A DNA stretch of 64,000 nt from an uncultured Mycoplasmatota bacterium (GTDB lineage Bacteria > Bacillota_I > Bacilli_A > RF39 > UBA660): positions 554 through 64,553 of the forward strand of contig CAMSCJ010000009.1 in NCBI GenBank assembly GCA_947056845.1. Direction: 5' to 3'. A model generated the notes under the pieces. That model saw only the letters and a program-made list of their open reading frames with translations. It was not told the DNA's origin and made no database searches. The translations under genes were made by a program, and so were the position numbers. This document shows positions 47,765-57,235 of this stretch, piece after piece; position 1 is the first letter of the stretch, and each line of letters opens with the position of its first letter.

Positions 47765-49510
47765 ATGATAAAAAAAGTACTTTTAGCACCTTTTATGTTT
47801 ATTTATAAACTTATTACATTTATCTTGAGTAATTTTTGGTATGGTTTTTTAGTTATCTGCTATGGTATTTATTTTCTTGTATCTGGTTTTTTTAAATTAA
47901 TTACTTTTCCTATAAGAGTTTTATTTAAGAAGGCTAATCATAGTGAAAAGCAATTGTTAAAGCAAGAAAAAGAACGAACAGAAAAACTAAGTAAATTACA
48001 AAAGGTTCAAGAAAAACAACGTGAGAAGGAACGAAAATATTTACAAGAGCAAGAGCGTATTGCGGCTAGAAAACGAGAGAAAGATGAAGACAGTTTATAT
48101 TTAGCTAAAAGAGAAAAGAAAAAATTGGGTGATGTTCTTAATGATTTCATTACTTCAATTGTTTCAATTCCTAAAAATATAAAAAAGAAAAATGATGAAC
48201 AAAGACAAAAGCAATTAGAACGTAAAAATTTATCTAGACAAGTATTATTAATTGATTTTGATGGTGAAGATGCGGTTAAGAGTAGTGAAAAACAAATATA
48301 TGAGTATGTGGCTAAGGATAAAGAAGGAAAAATCATTAAAGGATATTTTGATGCTTTTTCTAAAGTTGAGGTACATTCATTTTTATTAAATGAGGGTTAT
48401 GAAGTTTATAGTATTAGGACTTCAAAATGGATTAAACTTTTACATAGTAATTATTCATCAAATCGTGTTAAAATAAAAACAAAAGATTTAATTTTCTTTT
48501 TAACCCAGTTATCAACTTATATTAAAGCTGGTATTCCTCTAGTTGATTCGCTTCAAATTTTGAGTCGTCAATATAAACAAAAAAGCTATCAGAGGATTTT
48601 TAGATCAATGATGTATGATTTGACAATGGGTGAAAATTTTAGCGTAGCTATGGAAAAACAGGGGGTAGCCTTTCCAAAATTATTGATAAATATGGTTAAG
48701 GCATCAGAAATGACCGGTGAATTGCCTGAAGCTTTGGATGATATGGAACAATATTATACTGAGGCCGAGGCTACGAGAAAACAAATGATTACAGCATTAA
48801 CTTATCCATCGATTGTGTTTGTTATTGCGATTGGTGTTATGACATTTATTATGATTTATATTGTACCAAAATTTGTTGAAATTTATGATACAATGGATTC
48901 AGCTCAAATTCCTGGCTTTACAGTAGCTGTTATGAAAATGAGTGACTTTTTACAAAATAATGTTATTTGGATAATGATTGCTATTGTTATTATAATTATT
49001 TTATTTAAATGGCTTTATGATAATGTTAAGGCGATTAGAACAATGATGCAAACATTTGCGATGAAATTGCCTGTGTTTGGAAATATTATAATTTATAATG
49101 AGGTTACAATGTTTACAAAAACTTTTGCTTCATTATTAAAACATAATGTTTTTATTACTGATAGTATGGAAATTTTAAATAAAATTACTAATAATGAAAT
49201 ATATAAAAATATGATTTTGGATACTATTAGTAATTTAGCTAAGGGTGAAAAAATTTCATTAGCATTTAATAATCAATGGGCTTTTCCAATTCCTGCTTAT
49301 GAAATGATTGTTACAGGTGAGCGAACAGGGCAATTACCTGAAATGATGTCTAAGGTTTCTTCTTATTACCAAGAGCAACATCGAAACGCTGTAACACGTG
49401 TTAAAGCTTTTATTGAGCCAGCTTTGATTATTTTCTTAACAATTGGTGTTGGGTTTATAATATTATCAATTGTTATTCCAATGTTTAATATGTATAGTGA
49501 AATTCAATAG
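47765..49510 (+). CDS. Type II secretion/type IV pilus platform protein (GspF/PilC/ComGB family) with roughly 170-aa N-terminal extension
   Basis: Two GspF repeats. The N-terminal extension has a TM segment and a Lys/Glu/Arg-rich coiled coil not typical for PilC. Confidence 0.75.
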   Translation: MIKKVLLAPFMFIYKLITFILSNFWYGFLVICYGIYFLVSGFFKLITFPIRVLFKKANHSEKQLLKQEKERTEKLSKLQKVQEKQREKERKYLQEQERIAARKREKDEDSLYLAKREKKKLGDVLNDFITSIVSIPKNIKKKNDEQRQKQLERKNLSRQVLLIDFDGEDAVKSSEKQIYEYVAKDKEGKIIKGYFDAFSKVEVHSFLLNEGYEVYSIRTSKWIKLLHSNYSSNRVKIKTKDLIFFLTQLSTYIKAGIPLVDSLQILSRQYKQKSYQRIFRSMMYDLTMGENFSVAMEKQGVAFPKLLINMVKASEMTGELPEALDDMEQYYTEAEATRKQMITALTYPSIVFVIAIGVMTFIMIYIVPKFVEIYDTMDSAQIPGFTVAVMKMSDFLQNNVIWIMIAIVIIIILFKWLYDNVKAIRTMMQTFAMKLPVFGNIIIYNEVTMFTKTFASLLKHNVFITDSMEILNKITNNEIYKNMILDTISNLAKGEKISLAFNNQWAFPIPAYEMIVTGERTGQLPEMMSKVSSYYQEQHRNAVTRVKAFIEPALIIFLTIGVGFIILSIVIPMFNMYSEIQ

Positions 49511-49513
49511 GAG

Positions 49514-50287
49514 TTGTGTATGATGGAAATTTATTATATTGTTGTATTTTTTATCTTTGGGGCGATATTAGGATCATTTTATAATGTTGTTGGATATCGT
49601 ATACCTAAGGGTGAATCAATAATTTTTCCATCCTCACATTGTACTAATTGTGGACATAAATTGAAGTCCTATGAATTAGTTCCTATTTTTTCTTTTTTAT
49701 TTCTAAGGGGCAAATGTAGTAAATGTAAACAAAGAATTTCCTGGTTTTATACGATTTTTGAAATTTTGACTGGACTATTGTTTGTACTTTGTTATTGTAT
49801 TTTTAAGGATAGTATTATTGATTTGCTTATTGCTTTAACTTTCATTTCAATGTTAATAATTATCTTTGTGAGTGATTTTCATTATTTGATTATTCCTGAT
49901 TCTGTTCTATTAATTTCATCTATTATTTTATTAGTAGAATTAATTGTTAAAAATGGTTTAAGTAATTTTTATGTTCCACTTATTAATGGTTGCTTATCAT
50001 TTATAATAATGTATGCGATTAAATTATTAGGTGATTTTATCTTTAAAAAAGAGTCAATGGGTGGCGGGGACATCAAATTATTATTTGTCATTGGTATGGT
50101 TTTAGGATTTCCACAAGCTTTATTTTCTATTTTTGTTGGATCTTTAGTTGGCTTACCAATTGCCTTCGTTATTTTATTAAAGAAGAATGATCATGTTATC
50201 CCTTTTGGACCTTTGTTAGGAGTGGGTTCAATAATTGTTATGTTAACACAGTTTAATGTAATGGATTTCTTTAATTCTATGATATAG
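49514..50287 (+). CDS. Prepilin peptidase (A24 family, PilD/ComC)
   Basis: N-terminal CxxC...CxxC zinc site, a polytopic membrane domain, and GGGDIKL. Confidence 0.85.
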   Translation: MCMMEIYYIVVFFIFGAILGSFYNVVGYRIPKGESIIFPSSHCTNCGHKLKSYELVPIFSFLFLRGKCSKCKQRISWFYTIFEILTGLLFVLCYCIFKDSIIDLLIALTFISMLIIIFVSDFHYLIIPDSVLLISSIILLVELIVKNGLSNFYVPLINGCLSFIIMYAIKLLGDFIFKKESMGGGDIKLLFVIGMVLGFPQALFSIFVGSLVGLPIAFVILLKKNDHVIPFGPLLGVGSIIVMLTQFNVMDFFNSMI

Positions 50288-50290
50288 AGA

Positions 50291-50317
50291 ACATACAAAT
50301 TTGTATGCTTTTTTTGT
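50291..50317 (+). terminator. Rho-independent terminator (ACATACAAA/TTTGTATG palindrome plus T7)
   Basis: Hairpin and T-run after the prepilin peptidase gene. Confidence 0.6.
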
Positions 50318-50368
50318 TTACATTATATATTTTTAATGTTATAATAAGTCACTAAAAGGTGATTTCGT

Positions 50369-50515
50369 ATGGAAAAAGTAACCATGGCAATAATTTTTCA
50401 ACATAAAAAAATTAAAGGTAATTTATGGCAAATATATGATTCCGATAATGAATTCTCTAAATTGATTGTTAATGAAGAAATAGTTAGTAATCATAAAAAC
50501 TTTATTTTGAAATAA
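50369..50515 (+). CDS. SD-initiated 48-aa small ORF (MEKVTMAIIFQHKKIKGNLWQIYDSDNEF...)
   Basis: AAAGGTGA lies 7 nt upstream of the ATG. The ORF is below the track size cut-off. Confidence 0.3.
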   Translation: MEKVTMAIIFQHKKIKGNLWQIYDSDNEFSKLIVNEEIVSNHKNFILK

Positions 50516-50538
50516 TGTATTAATATAGTATAATTGTT

Positions 50539-51360
50539 TTGGTGGATAAAATGGAAAAATATCGTGAAATAGAGAAAAGTATTATAAAAAAATATCGTAA
50601 AGAAATATGGAGTAGATTTATTAAAGCAATTAAAGAGTATCAATTAATTCAAGAAAATGACAAAATTGCAGTTTGTATTAGTGGCGGTAAAGATTCCTTT
50701 TTATTGGCTAAATGTATGGAAGAATTAAAAAGGCATGGGCAATTTAAATTTGACTTAGAATTTATTGTTATGAATCCTGGTTATAATGAAGAAAACTTAA
50801 ATAAGATTTTAGAAAATGTAAAGTTGTTAAATTTAAATATTCATTTATTTGAAAGTAATATTTTTGAAGTTTCTAAAAAAAGTTTTAAAGATAATCCATG
50901 CTATTTATGTGCAAGAATGCGAAGGGGATATTTATATAGTAAAGCTAAAGAATTAGGTTGTAATAAAATAGCTTTAGGCCATCATTTTAACGATGTTATT
51001 GAAACCGTAATGCTCAATATGATTTTTAATGGACAGTTTTCTAGTATGATGCCAAAATTAAAAAGTGATAATTTTGAAGGATTAGAGCTTATTAGACCAT
51101 TATATTTTATTTTTGAAAAAGATATTATTTCATGGGCTAAATATAATAACTTGCAATTTATTGATTGTGCTTGTTCAGTTACTAAAAAGGGTATAGGAAA
51201 AAGAAAACAAATTAAGGATTTAATCGAATGCTTAAAAGAACTAAATCCTAATATTGATTTAAATATTTTTAAATCGACTTGTAATGTTAATTTGAATACA
51301 ATGATTTCTTATCATAAGGATGGGAAAGAATTTAATTTTTTAGATGATTATAATAAATAA
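50539..51360 (+). CDS. PP-loop ATPase of the TtcA family (tRNA 2-thiocytidine synthetase-like)
   Basis: SGGKDS PP-loop and a CxxC pair (CYLCARMRRG) typical of TtcA. Confidence 0.65.
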   Translation: MVDKMEKYREIEKSIIKKYRKEIWSRFIKAIKEYQLIQENDKIAVCISGGKDSFLLAKCMEELKRHGQFKFDLEFIVMNPGYNEENLNKILENVKLLNLNIHLFESNIFEVSKKSFKDNPCYLCARMRRGYLYSKAKELGCNKIALGHHFNDVIETVMLNMIFNGQFSSMMPKLKSDNFEGLELIRPLYFIFEKDIISWAKYNNLQFIDCACSVTKKGIGKRKQIKDLIECLKELNPNIDLNIFKSTCNVNLNTMISYHKDGKEFNFLDDYNK

Positions 51361-51390
51361 TTTTGACTTATTTATAAAGGGAGGTTTTTT

Positions 51391-51954
51391 ATGATAAATG
51401 GTATCTATGATTTTATTAAACAGTATGGTATATATAATTTTATTAAGCATTATGGAATATATCAAGATGATAGGTGTAAATCTTATGATTGTTGGAAGTT
51501 ATTGCCAGTTTATAAAAGGGAAAAGGGATTAGAACCAGGAAAAGATTGGGTTAGATTACTTATTTTGGTTTATGTAAATAGTAAGGATAAGTTTTATTTT
51601 GATTATTTATTTCAACATATTTCGCAAATGCCTAAAGAATTGATTGATTTATATGATAGTTCTATTTATTCAGTTCCTAAAAAGGAGGATTTAGAGGCCA
51701 TTGGCTTTATTGACTATACGCAAATAGCGCCTATAATAAAAGAGTATAATAAATATAGTAATTATGTTATATATCATAGGTATTTAGAGAAAATACGTAA
51801 TACTAATTCATCTAAGACGGATGAGATAGTAGATACTATGAACTCATTTAAACAGGTTTTGTTTGATATTGCTAATTCTAAGGAAGGTATTATTGGAACT
51901 GATTCTTTAGATAAAATATTAACTTTTGGGAAAAAGATAGGAATTAAAAAATGA
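51391..51954 (+). CDS. Hypothetical protein
   Basis: GGGAGG SD. The N-terminus has an imperfect 10-aa repeat, IYDFIKQYGIYNFIKHYGIY. Confidence 0.5.
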   Translation: MINGIYDFIKQYGIYNFIKHYGIYQDDRCKSYDCWKLLPVYKREKGLEPGKDWVRLLILVYVNSKDKFYFDYLFQHISQMPKELIDLYDSSIYSVPKKEDLEAIGFIDYTQIAPIIKEYNKYSNYVIYHRYLEKIRNTNSSKTDEIVDTMNSFKQVLFDIANSKEGIIGTDSLDKILTFGKKIGIKK

Positions 51955-52023
51955 TTTTATTTAAATGTGTAAAGTTTTAATATCTATCTGTATATTTTTT
52001 ATAATTTGTGGTATAATATAATT

Positions 52024-52203
52024 GTCTAGGAGATAGGAAGACCTATTTAAGAAAAACCTACTAATTGAAACGATTGGGAATCTAATTTATCGGTGGTGTT
52101 GAATATTTGCATTTATGCAAAGCTCCTAAAACCGATAATGTGATGCCCACCTGGGAGACTAGGTTTTGATCGTTAAGGGTCCCTTCTTCTGGACTTTTTT
52201 TTG
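52024..52203 (+). ncRNA. Candidate structured small RNA (about 180 nt), possibly 6S RNA (ssrS)-like
   Basis: An extended -10 TGGTATAAT sits at 52009-52017, and a hairpin with a T8 run ends at 52202. No ORF. Extensive 5'/3' complementarity is visible, for example UUUAUCGG with CCGAUAA, AACGAU with AUCGUU, and GGAAGACC with GGUC..CUUCU. An apical hairpin UUGCA-uuua-UGCAA is present. The element lies immediately upstream of a ThiF-family (tcdA/yrvM-like) gene. Confidence 0.4.
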
Positions 52204-52238
52204 TGTTCAAAAGATGTTATAATTAAATTGGTGAGGCT

Positions 52239-52919
52239 ATGAATCAGTTTTCTAGATTAGAGTTATTAGTAGGACAAGATAATTTAAATAAAATAAAAAA
52301 TACTACAGTTCTTATTATAGGTCTTGGTGGTGTTGGTAGTTTTGCTCTTGAATCATTAGTTAGAAATGGTATAGGGAAAGTTATTATTGTTGATAATGAT
52401 ATTGTTGATATAACTAATTTAAATAGGCAGATTATGTCTTTACAAAATAATATAGGTTTATTAAAAACAGATGTTTGGGAGAAGAGAATTTTTGAAATAA
52501 ATCCCACTTGTAAAGTTAAAAAAATTACCAAATTTATTACTAAAGAAAATATAAATGAATTATTTAGCGAAGATATTGACTATATTGTTGATGCTTGTGA
52601 TACAATAGAAGTTAAGAAGGAATTAATTAGACAGTCAAAATTTAGAAAAATTAAATTGATTTCTTCAATGGGAACTGGAAATAAAATGGATCCAGGACGC
52701 TTAAAAATTATGGATATAAGAAAAACTAGTTATGATCCTATTGCGGGTATTTTAAGGCGAATGGTTAGAGATGAGAATATAAGCGGAAAAGTTATGGTGG
52801 TATCTAGTGATGAGCCATTGCTTAAAAGTGAGACTAAAAAGTTGGGTTCTAATTGTTTGGTTCCATCAGTTGCTGGGTTATTATGTGCTAGTTTTGTCAT
52901 TAATGATATAGTGGGGTGA
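52239..52919 (+). CDS. tcdA: ThiF/MoeB-family E1-like enzyme, tRNA t6A37 cyclodehydratase TcdA (YrvM-like)
   Basis: GLGGVGS nucleotide-binding motif. Size and the absence of a rhodanese domain fit TcdA. Confidence 0.7.
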   Translation: MNQFSRLELLVGQDNLNKIKNTTVLIIGLGGVGSFALESLVRNGIGKVIIVDNDIVDITNLNRQIMSLQNNIGLLKTDVWEKRIFEINPTCKVKKITKFITKENINELFSEDIDYIVDACDTIEVKKELIRQSKFRKIKLISSMGTGNKMDPGRLKIMDIRKTSYDPIAGILRRMVRDENISGKVMVVSSDEPLLKSETKKLGSNCLVPSVAGLLCASFVINDIVG

Positions 52920-52923
52920 TTTT

Positions 52924-53460
52924 TTGAAACATGATTTATTAAAAGTTATTTCTAATTTTAAAGGCAATGTTTTTACACTAGGAATTGTTGATAAGGATTT
53001 AATATCTGCTATTCAAAATAATACACAAATCGGACATTATTTAATGTTAAATATTAATCAAACTATTGAATATGCAAAGTCTGATAAATATAAGCCTACA
53101 AAACGAATTAAAATTAAAAAGATAAAGAAAAAGAATAAAAAGAAAAAGATAGATTATACTCTATGTGAAATAAGTGATTGTAAGGCACATTTCCACACCT
53201 TTATTAATGATACTATTTACTTTAATAAAGCTAAAGTGTTTTATTATGGTGATATAAATGAATATGATGTAGATGTTTTAATTAGAAAATATCGTCGTTA
53301 TAATGTTGTAATTAATATTACAAAATATCCTAATGGGGAATTTATTTTAGAGATAGATACATCTAAAGCTAAAACAAATAGATTTAAAAGTCTTTTTTAC
53401 CGTATTATTGATTTTTTTACAATGCTTTTTGATTATTTAACTGATTTTTTATTAAGTTAG
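52924..53460 (+). CDS. Hypothetical protein with Lys-rich central segment
   Basis: ORF with a KIKKIKKKNKKKK stretch. No recognised domain. Confidence 0.45.
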   Translation: MKHDLLKVISNFKGNVFTLGIVDKDLISAIQNNTQIGHYLMLNINQTIEYAKSDKYKPTKRIKIKKIKKKNKKKKIDYTLCEISDCKAHFHTFINDTIYFNKAKVFYYGDINEYDVDVLIRKYRRYNVVINITKYPNGEFILEIDTSKAKTNRFKSLFYRIIDFFTMLFDYLTDFLLS

Positions 53461-53466
53461 GGTTTT

Positions 53467-54180
53467 ATGCAACGATATTTTGCGCAAGCTAAAAATAGTA
53501 ACAGTTTTGTTTTAAATTCTGATGATTTATTTCATATAAAAACGGTTATGCGAATGGTAGATGGCGATTTAATTGAAGTTGTTCATCAGAATGATGTGTA
53601 TATTTGTAGCTTGAATAATGTAAATGATGATATTAAAATTATAATAGTTAAAAAATTAGAAAATATTGTAAAAAAAGATGTAGAGATAGTTTTGGCTATA
53701 CCATTAGTAAAAGAACAAAAAATGGATTTTATTCTTCAAAAAAGTACAGAACTAGGTGTTAAAAAAATTATACCTTTTATAGCAGAACGAAGTATTATTA
53801 AATTGACAGATGATAAGGAACAAAATAAAATAAAGCGTTGGCAAAAGATTTGCAAAGAGGCTAGTGAACAATCAAAAAGAGTGGATATACCTGTTGTTAC
53901 TAATGTCAAAAGTTTAAAAGATTTAATTGATTTTGATGGGCAAAAAATTGTTTGCTCGACAAAAAAAGATGTCAATAGTGTCAAATTATTTTTGCAAAAA
54001 CAAATTTATTGTGATAAACTGTTATTAGTGATAGGTCCTGAAGGTGGTCTTTCAGAAAAAGAGGAGACTTATTTAGTTAATCATGATTTTTATCAAGTAA
54101 CGCTAGGGAATAGAATAATGCGAGTTGAAACTGTACCATTATTTTTACTTAGTATTATTAATTATGAATTTATGGAGTGA
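53467..54180 (+). CDS. rsmE: 16S rRNA m3U1498 methyltransferase RsmE
   Basis: Begins MQRYFA, with a PUA-like N-terminal domain and a SPOUT C-terminal domain (GPEGGLS). Confidence 0.85.
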   Translation: MQRYFAQAKNSNSFVLNSDDLFHIKTVMRMVDGDLIEVVHQNDVYICSLNNVNDDIKIIIVKKLENIVKKDVEIVLAIPLVKEQKMDFILQKSTELGVKKIIPFIAERSIIKLTDDKEQNKIKRWQKICKEASEQSKRVDIPVVTNVKSLKDLIDFDGQKIVCSTKKDVNSVKLFLQKQIYCDKLLLVIGPEGGLSEKEETYLVNHDFYQVTLGNRIMRVETVPLFLLSIINYEFME

Positions 54181-54186
54181 TGTTTT

Positions 54187-55131
54187 ATGGGCAATATTAT
54201 TAATATGGTAGTTAGTAATGATTCATTATTTTATGGTATTATTGTTTTTTTAATAGTTGGTGTTATTTTATTATTTATGTACTTACATCATAAAAAATTT
54301 ATTAAATTATTAGAAGAAGAAGTTGATTTTACTAAAGTTGATGATGAGGTTAGTAGTGATAGTTCAGAAATTTTAGCTAAAGTGGAAGAGGCTAATGCTT
54401 CTTTAAAAAAAATTGAGGAAGAAAAGATAGCAGAAAAGATTTCTAATATAGATGGTAAAGTGGCAATTGAGAAAATACTTAATGAGGATAAAGTTGTTTC
54501 TAATGATATTGCTCAAGATAAAAATACTTCTAATTTAATAACTAAAGATAGTACAAAAGGTGAAGATGTAATTGATAAAGAAGTTGTCCAATCTGAACCA
54601 AAGTCAGAATTAGAATTAATGTTAGAAAAAATGCAACAAGATTTAGAAGAACAGAAGGATAAAGATGCAGTCGCTATTTTTGAGCAGGAACAAGAAGAAA
54701 AATCAATTATTAGTTATAAAGAATTATTGGAACGCAAAAATGATTTAACTAATCCTAAAGTATTAAATGATACAAGATTTGAAAATGAGCCTACTATTTT
54801 AGAAAATACTGATAAGAGTTTAACTGATAGCTATGTTGATTTAATAGATAATGTAAATGATACTATTAGTATTGATGCTAGTAAAGAGGAAAATCGTACT
54901 CCTTCTAAAAAGTTTGTGACAACAGATTTTATTTCACCAGTATTTGGAAGGCAAACAGCTGAATTTGATTATCCAAAAGTTCCTAATTTTAAGGATATGG
55001 TAGTTAAACCTGAAAAGAGTAATACTTATGAGTTAGAAGCAACTTTAAATTTAGAACCACTTACAGAACAAATAAAAAAGGATGACGCATTTTTAAGTGC
55101 TTTAAAAGAGTTTAGAAAAAATTTAGAATAG
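54187..55131 (+). CDS. Hypothetical membrane-anchored acidic coiled-coil protein
   Basis: N-terminal TM helix followed by a Glu/Lys-rich region. Confidence 0.5.
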   Translation: MGNIINMVVSNDSLFYGIIVFLIVGVILLFMYLHHKKFIKLLEEEVDFTKVDDEVSSDSSEILAKVEEANASLKKIEEEKIAEKISNIDGKVAIEKILNEDKVVSNDIAQDKNTSNLITKDSTKGEDVIDKEVVQSEPKSELELMLEKMQQDLEEQKDKDAVAIFEQEQEEKSIISYKELLERKNDLTNPKVLNDTRFENEPTILENTDKSLTDSYVDLIDNVNDTISIDASKEENRTPSKKFVTTDFISPVFGRQTAEFDYPKVPNFKDMVVKPEKSNTYELEATLNLEPLTEQIKKDDAFLSALKEFRKNLE

Positions 55132-55161
55132 GCCTTAGGTCTATTTTTTTGGAGGTGTAAA

Positions 55162-56454
55162 ATGAGTTTTTATATTTATACATTAGGGTGTAAGGTTAAT
55201 ACTTATGAGTCTAGTGTTATGGCAAATGATTTGAAGAAGGCTGGATTTATTGAATTATCAAAAGATGATAATGTAGATATATATATAATAAATACATGTA
55301 CAGTTACTAATACAGCTGGTAATAAATCTTTAAAAATGATTCGTCAAGCTTATCGAAAAAATAATCAGGCTTTATTAATTGTTGTTGGTTGTTTATCACA
55401 GGTTGAAAGTAATCTTGTTTCAAAATTACCAAATGTTGGGATTATATTAGGAAATAAAAATAAAAGTAAGATTGTTGATTATATTTATGAATATCAAAGA
55501 ACTAAAAAACAAATTATAGATATTTATGATTTGAATAAAGTTGATTTTGAATGCATGAAACTTGACAATGTAAAGCAAACTAGAGCGTTTGTTAAAATTC
55601 AAGATGGATGTAATAATTTTTGTTCTTATTGTATAATTCCTTATACGAGAGGTGATGTTAGAAGTAAAGGAAGACAAGATGTTTTAGATGAAATTAGTTC
55701 TTTGGTACTTAGTGGACATCGAGAGATAGTATTAACGGGTATTCATACTGGCCATTATGGTAGTGATTTAGAAAATTATGATTTTGCGGACTTATTAAAG
55801 GAAATTGTTCAAATCAAAAATTTAGAACGCTTGAGAATTTCCTCAATTGAAATAACTGAATTAGATGATAAAGTTTTAGATATTATAAATTCAAGTAAAA
55901 TTATTGTTGATCATTTGCATATTCCTCTTCAATCAGGGTGTGATAAAACGCTTAGGGGTATGAACCGAAAATATGACATGAATTATTTTATGAATAAGGT
56001 TTTAAAAATTAGGAAAATTAGACCTAATATATCACTTACTACGGATGTTATTGTGGGATTTCCTGGTGAGACAAATTCCGATTTTGAGACTACATATAAT
56101 AATATAAAAACAATTAATTTTTCAAAAATTCATGTTTTTCCTTATTCAGTTCGAAAGGGAACAAAGGCCGAAGCTATGTCTAATCAAGTAAGCGAAGTTG
56201 TTAAAAAAGAAAGGGTAAAAAGCTTGCTAAATTTATCAAAGCAATTAGAAATTTGTTATATGGAAAAGTTTAGAAATCAAGAGGTTTTATTTATTCCAGA
56301 GGTGTATCATGAGCCTTATTTAATTGGACATACAGGAAATTATCTTTTAATTAAAGCATTAGGGGTTGAATCATTAATTAATACCGAGGTGACAGTAATT
56401 ATTACAGATGTTTCTTATCCATATTGTATTGCATCTTTAAAAATTAAAGATTAG
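55162..56454 (+). CDS. mtaB: tRNA methylthiotransferase MtaB (YqeV-like, radical SAM MiaB family)
   Basis: MTTase N-terminal domain (IYTLGCKVNTYES), a radical SAM CxxxCxxC motif (CNNFCSYC) and a TRAM domain. Confidence 0.8.
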   Translation: MSFYIYTLGCKVNTYESSVMANDLKKAGFIELSKDDNVDIYIINTCTVTNTAGNKSLKMIRQAYRKNNQALLIVVGCLSQVESNLVSKLPNVGIILGNKNKSKIVDYIYEYQRTKKQIIDIYDLNKVDFECMKLDNVKQTRAFVKIQDGCNNFCSYCIIPYTRGDVRSKGRQDVLDEISSLVLSGHREIVLTGIHTGHYGSDLENYDFADLLKEIVQIKNLERLRISSIEITELDDKVLDIINSSKIIVDHLHIPLQSGCDKTLRGMNRKYDMNYFMNKVLKIRKIRPNISLTTDVIVGFPGETNSDFETTYNNIKTINFSKIHVFPYSVRKGTKAEAMSNQVSEVVKKERVKSLLNLSKQLEICYMEKFRNQEVLFIPEVYHEPYLIGHTGNYLLIKALGVESLINTEVTVIITDVSYPYCIASLKIKD

Positions 56455-56458
56455 TTGG

Positions 56459-56487
56459 TTGACATTTAAATATTTACATGCTATATT
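56459..56487 (+). promoter_or_regulatory. Sigma-A promoter TTGACA-N17-TATATT
   Basis: Consensus -35, an exact 17-nt spacer, and a -10 element with one mismatch. Lies upstream of the 56508 gene. Confidence 0.5.
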
Positions 56488-56507
56488 TTTTATAGTGGAG
56501 TTGATGA

Positions 56508-57113
56508 ATGATGGGGAATATGGATATATATAAATTTATTGGGGCTGATATTGATCCTACTGCAAAAAAAATTGAAAATGGGATTCCTACATCTGACCTT
56601 TTTAAGAAAGAACAGATTTACCATGCCCTAGAAGTAGCCATAAAGGATTGTAAGATTACAGAGGCTTTAAAGATAGAGGATGATTCTAAGCAATTTATAG
56701 AGTATATATTTAGTAATAAAAAAGATAAAATTAAAGTTTTGATGCCTAATCCTAATTTTAATCGTGGATTTGTCAAAAATATTTATCATAGTGAATTGTC
56801 AGTTGATGAAGCTGAGCTTGGTTCTAAATATATAAAAAAATTTGATGACTTAATAAAATTAAGGGTTAAAGTAAGGAGAGAAAATATAGCTTTATTTTTA
56901 GCAACTGGTATTTTGGTAGTAGGAATGGTTGGTAGTAGTATCAATTCTTATTTTAAAGAATGTAAAATTAATGAGATAAAAAATCAACAATATATTGATG
57001 AAATGAATAAAGAGAGACAGAAAAATGGCGTTGGACCAATTCAATATGCATGGTTAGAAGAAACGGTCGATGAAAATATTTATGAAGAAGGTTTAGGTGG
57101 AAGAAAATTATAG
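56508..57113 (+). CDS. Hypothetical protein with one TM helix near the C-terminus
   Basis: GGAG SD. No recognised domain. Confidence 0.5.
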   Translation: MMGNMDIYKFIGADIDPTAKKIENGIPTSDLFKKEQIYHALEVAIKDCKITEALKIEDDSKQFIEYIFSNKKDKIKVLMPNPNFNRGFVKNIYHSELSVDEAELGSKYIKKFDDLIKLRVKVRRENIALFLATGILVVGMVGSSINSYFKECKINEIKNQQYIDEMNKERQKNGVGPIQYAWLEETVDENIYEEGLGGRKL

Positions 57114-57156
57114 TTAATATAATTTTTTTTATTAAAGAATTAATTTATAAAAACAG

Positions 57157-57185
57157 TTGTAACACTAACAAACGAATGCTATAAT
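57157..57185 (+). promoter_or_regulatory. Sigma-A promoter TTGTAA-N17-TATAAT
   Basis: Exact 17-nt spacer and a consensus -10. Lies upstream of recD2. Confidence 0.5.
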
Positions 57186-57235
57186 ATTTTTATAAATATA
57201 AGCAATTTATATTGAAAATAGAAAAGGGTGAATTA

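Noticed and set aside
52024-52203. TPP, SAM or another riboswitch, or SRP RNA, or a small ORF, in the tcdA upstream element.
   Set aside because: No riboswitch core motifs are present, such as the CUGAGA/GGGG TPP elements. The SRP domain IV motif (GGAAGCAGCCAAGG-like) is absent. The longest ORFs are 4-6 codons without an RBS.
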